Shown one piece after another: positions 13,082-23,513 of a stretch of 64,000 bases of DNA. The DNA lies in the NCBI GenBank assembly GCA_951406725.2, contig OX597829.1, positions 20,522,001-20,586,000 of the forward strand. Direction: 5' to 3'. Made by a program: the position numbers and the translations under genes. The DNA comes from Octopus vulgaris. Its lineage: Eukaryota. Every line of letters begins with the position of its first letter. The first letter of the stretch is position 1. The notes under the pieces were generated by a model, which was not told the DNA's origin, made no database searches, and saw nothing but the letters and a program-made list of their open reading frames with translations.

Positions 13082-13689
13082 CCTCCTTCTTTCTTTCCTT
13101 TCCTGAGCGTCCAATAACACTATACTTGTTCCACGTCCTCGCGTTGTTGTGTTTTCCATTTTGGATTAACTATATATATATAAATATGCATACAAGTATG
13201 TGTGTACATGTACCTGTGTGTGTGTCTTCTTGCATGTATCTGTGCATTTGTATGCATGTACATTGGTGTATAGCTATGTGCATCTATCAGAATGTAGTGG
13301 TGTGGTTATTTAAAAACCTTGTCCTCTTTGCCTACCATTTAGATGCAATATCTAGTCACTTGGCTATCTTTCTTCTACTAAGGTCATATAATTTGACTTA
13401 GATCCCACATTTCCAATCAGAGACCGACCCCTATTTTTTATCTACACTGGCTTACATTTCTGAGGAAGTGTCTGTGTCCAACCCCTATCTCTCCTTGTTT
13501 CCCCTGCAACTCTGTTCCCACTGGCCTTTACCTGCACGTTTGTGACCCTGTATGGGTTATATTTATAGAGTGACATCATTTAATTACTGAATACTGAAAC
13601 ATACCTAACAGATGTAATAATGGAATACAAAGTTCAAGCCATGGCCTTTTACTATTCAGCTCTTTACCTCTTGACAGACAGTCTAAGCA

Positions 13690-14033
13690 GCGGAGAATGT
13701 CTTAAGTACTTGTAGTCTTCTTCCTGCAGCTTCTCTCATAGCTAATCCTTCCTATGTGTGATGAGCAAGTTCTGTTGCAAAATCTGCCAGCAAGGAAGGT
13801 GCTGCAGGACTGTGGTGTATTGTCTTTCTTTCTTTGGCATTTTGCTTCTAGGGCCAGCATTTTGTCTTCCTCAAGCTGTTTGACTCCTTCGTTCACTGAG
13901 GTTTTCCATGCTGTTCTGTCCTCAGCTAACTTTTCCCCAAGTTTTTGTATTGATGTAGCACTTGGTCAGACTGCTCTTATATATGCCCTTAAACCTCAGC
14001 TTTGGTCATCCTTTGTGTCTGCTACTGTTCTTT

Positions 14034-14035
<2 letters not shown>
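13690..14035 (-). mobile_element. RTE/BovB-like LINE 3' fragment (mirror ~47757..48100)
   Basis: LAEDRTAWKTSVNEGVKQLEE..FCNRTCSSHIGRISYERSC C-terminal zinc-finger-like tail. Confidence 0.6.
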
Positions 14036-14072
<37 letters not shown>

Positions 14073-14076
14073 CATA

Positions 14077-14470
14077 GGAGTGGCTGTGTGGTAAGCAGGC
14101 ATAGGAATGGCTATGTGATAAGTAGCTTGCTTACTAACCACATGGTTCTGGGTTCAGCCCCACTGCGTGGCACCTTAGGCAATTGTCTTCTACCAAAGCC
14201 TTGTGAGTGAATTTGGTAAATGGAAACTGAAAGAAGCCCATCGTATATATATATATATATGTATGTGTGTCTGTGTTTTTGCCCCCAACATCACTTGACA
14301 ACCGATGCTGGTGTGTTAACATCCCCGTAGCTTAGCGGTTCGGCAAAAGATAACAATAGAATAAGTACTAGGCTTACAAAGAATAAGTCCTGGGGCTGAT
14401 ATGCTTGACTAAAGGCGTGCTCCAGCATGGCCACAGTCAAATGACTGAAACAAGTAAAAGAGAGAGTAAA
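14077..14470 (+). mobile_element. tRNA-derived SINE (mirror ~47010..47405)
   Basis: Head and tail match the 10485..10850 and 17270..17585 copies. Confidence 0.7.
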
Positions 14471-15379
14471 GTGTATATATATATACATATACACCAATGA
14501 AAAGAAGACAAAGAAAATTCTTAACACATCTTTAATTATAAGTTACAAATGTTTCCCTACTATCTCCATTTGCAACACCAGTTTGTATAAAAAATTTAAA
14601 ATAAAAATTGCATAGTATTTGCAGTTTTAGGCATTGGAGAGGCACTTCCTCAGACTTGCATCAAAGGTGTGCTATTACATTGTGCATCTATCAGAGCTTG
14701 TTAGGAAAGTACCGAGAGAAAATAAAAAAGAAAAAATTAAAAGTGTGTGTGTAGAATGAGTTTGTGGGGAAGATATTATGTGCTGGTGGTGGAGAGGAAT
14801 CAAGAGGGTGGATACATATAAAGATATGAGTAAGAAAAGGAATGGAAGAAGGTGAAAGAGAAGTAGAAGGAGGGGAAGAATCCAAAGGCAAGGAAGAAGA
14901 AAAAGAACAGAAAAGAAGAAGGAGGAGTAGTACAGTGGGCAGTGCTGCATATAGCAAAATGGTTTATCCATCATATGCTGCCAGTGTGTCAGCCAGTACA
15001 GGCAGAACCATTGTTACCAAAATTTGTCCAATGGAAGATGATGCATTTGATCACACAGCTGCATTAGTCTGTGACAACTTGAAGTGAAAAGATCTATTAA
15101 ATAGATAACTAAACAATTGTATGGCATCGAAGGAAGAGGATGTTAATGATGTATGTTGTGGGCTGACCTAATTTATGATCCTAGTGTGTTTCGACACTGG
15201 GAAAGGGATACAAGTAGGAAAAGACGAATATACATACAGAAGAATATGTACACATAGATACGTACATACGTATATATACTCATGCAGAGGTAGATACTCA
15301 TACGCACACAAACACACTCAGGTTGGGTAACTGTGTATTTCCTTTGCAGTAGCTCACCTGTTTCTGTCTTCATTCCTGA

Positions 15380-15414
<35 letters not shown>

Positions 15415-16006
15415 TCTTTCTCTTTCTCTGGATGGGTAACCTTGTATTCCTCTGCAGCAAGACACTTCTATCTGTCCTCCTCCTCCAATGACTCCTCTCT
15501 TGAAATTTTTTTTTGTTTAGCAAGTACTTGGCGACCCTGTCAGTGCAGGTGCCATTTAAAAGTACCCCAGTTCACACTGTAAAGTGGTTAGTGTTTGGTA
15601 GGGCGTCCAACTGTAAAAGCCTTGCCAAAACTGACCTCACCTGTGCTTGTGCCATGTAAAAAGCTCTGCCACATATAAGAGTCCACTCTGCTTAGTGGTT
15701 GGTGTTATGAAAGGTATCCATCTGTAAAAATCCTGCCAAAACAGTCACAGAAGTCTGGTGCAGGCTTCTGCCTGGCTGGCTCTTGTCAAACCGTCCCACC
15801 CATGCCAGCATGGAAGGTAGACGTTAAATGATGATATATATATATATAAATAATTTGACCAACCAGATCATTGGATATTGTTATATATCACTGGTTACAA
15901 TGTGCTTTGCATCATTTTAGCTTTTGAATGATGCTATATATGGGATGTATGTGTGTGTATGATTCCTCTGCACATTGCTCTGTTTTTATGCTCAGTCCAA
16001 TTGCAT

Positions 16007-16040
<34 letters not shown>

Positions 16041-16291
16041 AATAACAGGGGATGGTAATTAATAGGTTTTATTAAACTTTATTAATCAAGCTTAATTAAC
16101 AAAGCCTTTGAATTTCAATCTGCATGTTATTATTGTAGTATTTATCCTAAGCAGAAAGGAGTTCCAAATGTATGCCCATACTATTAGATTACCCTGGGAG
16201 ATGGAATTAACATGTGGCAGCTGACATTAAGAAGCACAGGAGCTTTTAAGAAGGCATAATGAGGCTTTTGCCCAAACTAAACTAAACAGAT

Positions 16292-16612
16292 AAGGTGTAA
16301 TGCTCAGTGGTTAGAGTGTCAGGCTCACAATCATGAGGTAATGAGTTTGATTCCCAGACCGGACTGCGTGTTGTGTTCTTGAGCAAGACACTTAATTTCA
16401 TGTTGCTCCAGTTCACTCAGCTGTAGAAATGAGTTGCGATGTCACTGGTACCAAGCTGTTGGCCTTTGCCTTGGATAACATTGGTGGCATGAAGAGGGGA
16501 GGCTGGTATGCATGGCTGGTCTTTCATAAACAACCTTGCCTGGACTTGTGCCTCAGAGGGGAACTTCTAGGTGTAATCCCATGGTCACTCATGACTGAAG
16601 GGTGTCATTACC
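16292..16612 (+). mobile_element. tRNA-derived SINE, second family (mirror ~44820..45140)
   Basis: gctcagtggttagagtg..tcacaatcatgaggtaatgagtttgattccc head followed by tgttgtgttcttgagcaagacac; related to 17600..17800. Confidence 0.7.
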
Positions 16613-17269
16613 TATACATACATACATCACACATATGCACACACACACACACACCTGTGAAATTATAGTCATTACTGGTGCCATGTAAATGGTACTCATG
16701 CTGGTGGCACATAAAAGCACCCATTGCCCTCTTGGGGTGGTTGGCATTAGGAAGGGCATCCAGCTCTTCTTAAATTAGACTGGAATCTGATGCAGCTCTC
16801 CAGCTTACCAGTTTCAGTCAAACCATGTAACCCATCAATATGTGTGTGTACCACAAAGGAATAGGGATTTTAAATCCAGGTAGATACTTTACTAACACTG
16901 TTAAAAATCTAGACTTGGCTAGCCACATCAAATATTAGGAAACATTTGGAATCGTTTAGAATAAACAATTGTTTTGGGGCTTCTTTGAATTGGTAAATCC
17001 TGAATTTGCTTCAAAAGATTCTTATAAAATTCAGGGTGTATAAGAAATACAGAATAAAGAATGGAGAATGATACATCTTTTATTAAAATCTTTTTTTTAG
17101 CATATAAAATTCTGCTACATAACTGTCTTAGGGCCCTTAGATGTGATAGTAATCCAAAGATTGACTTTCTTATATAACTTTTTTTAACCTGGATGAAGTG
17201 AACTGAAATGCTACAGTATCAAAGGTAAATGCCTAAAAATCATAAGTGATAAGTGAATATAAAAGAAAG

Positions 17270-17800
17270 GGACTGTGTGGTAAGAAGCTTGCTCCTCAAC
17301 TACATGGTTCCAGGTTGTCCCACTACATGGTACCTTGGGCAAGCATTTTCTACTATAACCTCAGACCAACCAAAGCCTTGTCAGTGGATGCATGTGTGTG
17401 TGTGTGTATCTTTCTGTCTGTCTTTCCCCTCTCCCACCCCTCACTACTTGACAACAGCTTAGCAGTTCGGCAAAAGAGTCTAATATAATAACCACCAGGC
17501 TTAAAAAGAAGTACTGGGGTTGATTCATTCAACAAAAAAATTCAAAGTGGTGTTCCAACATGGCTAAAGTCTAATGACTGAAACTATTTTTTATATTAAC
17601 TGATGTTATCCAAGGGAAAGGCAAAGGCTGATACAGCTTGGTACCAGTGATATTGCAACTCATTTCCGCAGTTGAGTGAACTGGAGCAACATGAAATAAA
17701 GTGTCTTGCTTAAGAGTACAACACACGGCCCAGTCCAGGAATCGAACTCACTACCTCATAATTGCGAGCCTGATGCCCTAACTACTGAGCCATGCACCTT
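17270..17800. mobile_element. Two SINEs arranged tail-to-tail upstream of the glycosyltransferase exon (mirror ~43635..44165)
   Basis: Plus-strand copy 17270..17585 ends atgactgaaac; minus-strand copy has head ggtgcatggctcagtagttagggc..gagttcgattcc. Confidence 0.65.
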
Positions 17801-18034
17801 CTTCATGTAATAGGGGTATATAAATCTAGGTAGATGTCTTGTAAGCACTCAGGTGCTATCTGAACTTGGCTAACTATGTTGAACAACTGGAGACATGTTA
17901 AATCCAAATAGAATTCCTATCCATGATGATATTCCCGGTGATAAGTAAATCCCAAAACCTACATGTTATCCTGAATTAAGATATGCTATTCTTTTTTCTT
18001 GTTATTGTCTTTATATACATATATATTATATATT

Positions 18035-18060
18035 ATCTTTTCTTTTCTTTTTTTTTGCAG
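18035..18060 (+). promoter_or_regulatory. 3' splice acceptor preceding the glycosyltransferase coding exon (mirror at 43564..43590)
   Basis: tcttttcttttctttttttttgcag| followed by 52 nt and then the ATG; implies upstream non-coding exon(s) that I could not locate. Confidence 0.75.
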
Positions 18061-18112
18061 TGTGATATAACATCAAAGTTTTCTGGACATATCACTGTCA
18101 AGTTACACAGGA

Positions 18113-19141
18113 ATGCCAATATCTGTGAAAATGCTTCGTCTAAAACGTTATTTATGTTTATTATTTTTCTTTTCTATATTTGCTTGCACACTTGTGTTCA
18201 TTGGGATGAAAATGCTCCAGAAAAATGAATTGAAATCTGAAATTTTAAGAAGTGAACAAAAGAGCTATTCTCAAAATCTTCAAGGTGTAATCAGCCAGTC
18301 AGTTGAAATTGCTAAAGATATTATGAAAAAACATGATTTAGTTTTATTTACTTTTATTAACAATGCTTATTTACCTTTTGTCTATAGTTGGTTGTGTAAC
18401 ACTGTTAATATGGGTATCCATGAGCAAATTCTCTTTATTACTACAGATGCTATATCAAAACAACAATTTGAGAAGGATTGGCCTAATGTCAAAGTTGTTG
18501 TGTTGCCCGAGACTTCACTAAATGGTAATCAAACTTATAGTAAAGTTGGTTATGTAAAACTAATGGTGAAACGTACAGAAATTTTAAATTCTTTATTGCA
18601 GAATGATATTGAAATTCTTTTATTTGAAGTTGACTGTCTTTAGGTTTCTAATCCTATTGATGAATGCAAAAAAATGGCATTGGAAAATGATCTGATAGTT
18701 ACATGTATTGCTGGCAGAAAAAGATCTATTGCTGGAGGTTTCATATATATGAAGCCTACAAAAGCTGTGAAAACTCTCTGGCAAGAACTGAATTCAAAGA
18801 CGAGACGTCTTGGCAAAGAAATTGATGGAAAAGATGATAATAAACTTATATCTGAAAGTAAAAATGACCAGGTATTCTTTACGGGACTTATTCGGAATAG
18901 ATTTGGTGGAATAAAATATGAAGTTCTTTAATGGGACAGATATATTGATGGAAAATGGTATGAAATGAAATTAGAAGATCGTCAGAAGAAACATGTTGTT
19001 ATTATTAACAATAACTGGGTAGCTGGAAATGCAAAAAAGTTAAAACGAGCCAAAAAATTTGGACATTGGTTTATAGATGACTCAATGAATTGTAAAATGG
19101 ATCAAGTTGACAGAATAGTTTACCGTGGGTTGTATGTGTAA
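18113..19141 (+). pseudogene. Paralogous glycosyltransferase copy with two in-frame stops (TAG 18641-18643, TAA 18929-18931)
   Basis: Same 1029-nt length and frame as 42483..43511, with no frameshifts. TAG replaces TGG(Trp); TAA sits opposite CCA(Pro). Confidence 0.85.
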
Positions 19142-20131
19142 TTTAAATCAGGGTTAAATATATTCTTTGGTTTCAACATCACATTTGTATTCATTTTTGG
19201 TTTCCTTCTAACATTTTTGGTTCTCATCAGCTGAACATTAGTACACCGGCATACCTGTAGTATATTTATATTTGAGATTTATTTAATCAGTAATTAAAAA
19301 TACATCAATATATACTCAAAACATATACAATAGGAATTTTGTTCAGAATATTAAGCAGGCATTCAGTTTCTGAAGCCATTGAAGAAGCTTCTCTGTAGTC
19401 ACTCAGTAGGTACCTAATATTCTTCAAATTTAACTTAGCGTCCTAAAAGTAATGGATAAATTGATCTGAGCATCTCTACATAGTAAGTAAAGAAAGCAAA
19501 CAACTAAAATACTCATGGATATTGCATTACCACAGAAACAAAAGAACAAATGAGTTGCATAAACAATACATTCTTGTTTAGGCCTACAATCTTTTCAGCA
19601 GCTCTCAATAAATTACAAAAAAAAAAAAATTACAAATCACTGCATATTTCTAGCATTTCATCAATAAACCAAATTCTTAATTACACGAAAACACTAAAAA
19701 TAAAAGACTATAAAAACAGGAATGAGACACAGTTGCTGTGGTAAACACCAACCTTCACAATCCCTACCATTTCATGTACAACTATCTCAAGTATATATGT
19801 ATATATGCACAAATGCGAAAACTCATTGACTTGCATATATATACATATGTGTGTGTTTGTGTGTGTGTGTCTCTGTGTATATGTTTGCATCAGTTTGTCG
19901 TGCTAGTCTATTTGAAACACATGTAGCTAATTAAATTGTTTACAATGCCTCATTATTCTCTGTATTTTCTCTCACTCTCACTCCCTGTATACATCTGTGT
20001 GTATACATGTGTGTGTATATGTGTGTGCATATATGTGTGTATATATATATATATACTTATCTGTATGTATGTATATGTTTATATGTATGTATGTGTATAT
20101 ATGTATATATGTATGTGTGTGTGTGTGTATG

Positions 20132-20166
<35 letters not shown>

Positions 20167-20234
20167 GTGTGTGTCTGTGTATGTATGTATATACATATAT
20201 TTATATATATATGTGTATATATATGTATGTATAT

Positions 20235-21058
20235 AATGTCGGCGTCACTTTCTCATCATGAATGATGTCCATATTGTTCATGAAGCAGAGATCCAGAATG
20301 TTATTTACCCTAATTGGTCTGAGTACTGCTTGCTCCATGAATAGGGCATTGGTGAGGTTGAGCATGAACTCCACCTGTGCTTGCTTGCAATGAGTCAATC
20401 CTTAGAGTATGTGACATTTGGGCCATTTGATGTTGTGTAAGTTGAAATCACCCATAAGAAATATGGTCATGTGGTGATCCAGATTCATGAGGATTTCTTT
20501 AATTCTTGTGAAGCAATCTTCAAACTTGGTTTGGAGCATCTGGTGGGCAATATGTATTGCATATATTATGTTGTCTTATGTATACAATTAGAGTGTCACA
20601 TACTGAATTTGAGTATGACAGTCACTCAGTATACAATTAGAGTGTCACATACTGAATTTGAGTATGACAGTAAGACCTGCAGTGTGAGGTCGACATGAAG
20701 GTATACAGCAACTCCACTATGACTCCTTTCCCTTCTGTCTGTTCATAGTCTGGCATATTTTGGTATGTGTACTTCTGCATCCTCTATATCAAGGCTGAGG
20801 TGAGTTTCCATGAGTGCTATGCATAGGGCTTGATTGCATGCAGTAAGATCTCTCAGGAAAGAAATTTTGCTTTTATTGTGATGCAAAAGGCCCCAATATA
20901 TAATAAAAGTATTTGTGTGATGACTGTACAGGCGTTAGGGGAGGCCATCCCGTGTCTGTTGACTGTGGTGGACAAGGTTCCTTGTTTGTGCTTGAAGTTG
21001 CCAGGTCAGCTGCTGCACAATCTTTTGTGCCATGTACAAAAAAGACTCTTGCTCAGTT
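20235..21058 (-). mobile_element. CR1/Jockey-like LINE AP-endonuclease fragment (mirror ~40618..41403)
   Basis: CIALMETHLS, GVAVY, MGDFNL, NNILDLCFMNN motifs in broken frames. Confidence 0.8.
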
Positions 21059-21059
21059 G

Positions 21060-22559
21060 CTGGCTAGGAAATCGTTAATTAGATATAATAATAAATTATG
21101 GGCTAGGAAGGATACTAGAGACTATTTTGATATACCTATGGGGGCACCAGATTCTGCACAGGCTACTGATTTAGTAGGTATTTTTTTATCAGAACTTCAA
21201 TTAGAAAAATTTAAGTAGGAGGGTGGTCTATATAGAGATGACCTTTTATTACTTACTAGGGATTGTACAAATAGAAAATTAGAATTATATAAAAAGAAAC
21301 TTTATAATTTCTTTAAAAGATATGGTTTAAGTATTACTATTTATAATGAGAACTATAATGTTAATTATTTAGATGTTAATTTTATTTAATAATGTTGTGA
21401 AACCCAACCATTCCATAAAATTAACGAAAATCTGAAATATATTCATTCTTATAGTAATCATCCACCTTCTGTTAAAGAATCGTTGATAAATAATGTAGGT
21501 AAAAGAATATCATTACTTGCTTATGATTTAGAGATTTTTAATAAACATGCACCTTGTTATAATAAAGCCCTGCATGATGCAGGATATAATAATAATATTA
21601 AATTTTTAATACTTGTAAACATAATTATAATTTGAAGGAGTATAATATAAATGATTTTTATAATGATAAACCTAATTATCTGAATTATGATAAATTTTAT
21701 TTAGGTATCTATCATCCTAATAATAATAGGTATTTTGATGATGTAAATAATACATTTAATATTGGAATGAAAAATAAAAATAAGATAAAATTTAATTCAA
21801 TTAATGAAGATAATAAATTTAATATTACAAAAAATATAATAATAATAATATAAAAATAAAATATGGTTAATCGTTCCTTTTGGGGTTCAGTTTAAAGTAA
21901 ATCTTATTAAAAGGATTTTAAATATAATTGAAATATTCATTATGGATAATAAAAAATATAACATTTTTTCTACTAATAATTTTGGAGTTGGGTATTCAAC
22001 TACTACTAATGTTGGTAATATTTCTTCATTAAATACATTTAAATTAAATAAATTCTACAAAGATATATTAAACATTGATTCCAATAATAATAATAAAGAC
22101 CAAGATATAATTTATTGTACATGTAGGGATAAAACTACATGTAAATTTAATAATTGTAATTTAGATAATGTAGTCTATAAGTGTATGGTAACTTTAATAG
22201 ATGATAAGAATTTGAATTATCATAATTTAAACACTATTTATATAGGGTCCACTTTGAATAAAATTAAATCTAGAGTAGCACAACATATGTATTCTTTTAG
22301 GAATAAAAATCTAATAAATTCAACAGGTCTCAGTAAATATATTTGGGACCTTAGATCTAGATCTATTAAATATGAATTAACTTGGGAGATTATTTGTAGG
22401 GCTAAATCATATTCTATATGGAGTAATTATTGTTCATTGTGTAATAATGAATTAAAAGAAATATTATTTAATAACAACTATGTGTTAGTAAACTCATTAG
22501 AGGAACGTAAAATTAAATGTAAACATCAATTAAATTACCTATATAATAGGTTTAGCTAA
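21060..22559 (+). mobile_element. Penelope-like element 3, very AT-rich, RT C-half + GIY-YIG, disrupted
   Basis: FDIPMGAPDSAQATDLVG, GLYRDD, YIHSYSNHPP, CTCR..C...C..NVVYKC..IYIGST..R..QH..LSKYIW..CSLC..CKH. Confidence 0.85.
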
Positions 22560-23478
22560 TAAATGATTATATAAATTGATTAAGATATATTAATTATAGT
22601 AATATATATTAATTTAAATATGATATATATATTTTACTTATTTATTATTTGAACTTTAAATTTATAGTAAAAAGTCATTTAAAATTAAATGCTAACATAA
22701 ATTTATTTATCTATATGATACGTTTAGCTTATTTTTCCGTATGTATAAAACCTTATTTCTTTTTATGTTATTTATTGTAGATATAATTTAGTAGTATTAG
22801 TGTATAATTTACTATATTATTATGTGTTATATTAATATATTTGAATAATTTTAAACTTAGATATTTCCTAATACATAAATGATTATTTATAATTTTATTA
22901 AGACCTATTAATTATAGTAATATAAATTAATTTAATATTATATGTATATTTTATGTAATAATTATTTGGTAATTAATTTATAGTAAATAGTCATTTATAG
23001 TTCTTTTGTTATTCTATTTTTCTTTCATTCATGAAGCTTAAATATTTTTCGTCTTTTTCATTAATAAATATTTTTCATCATTTTCATTGATAATATTATA
23101 TTTTTTTACACGTCTTCACGAGTTTAATTTCTTATAAACGCTAAGTAATGTTTTTTATTTAACAATATTATTTAACTTTTGAATTGTATTAAGTTTGATT
23201 ATTATTATGATTATTATTGTAGCTAAAATATTAATTTATATATAGTTACGATATGTATGTCTATTTATTTATTATGTTTTATGATTATTATTAATTTTAT
23301 AATGTGATTTAACGAATTATATAATTTAATTCGAGAATTAGTTTTGTAAGACAATATATTATTTAAAAGTTAGGTGGTCTATTTATTACATAATATTACA
23401 ATTAAGTAAATTAGTTTAATATTAATTGATATTTTGATCAACTGTATAATTGAATAAAATAATAAATCTATATATACT

Positions 23479-23479
23479 A

Positions 23480-23513
<34 letters not shown>

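Noticed and set aside
14675-15087. Glu/Lys-rich and hydrophobic antisense ORFs conserved in both arms
   Set aside because: Low-complexity purine tract; conservation merely reflects the duplication, and no recognisable domain is present.
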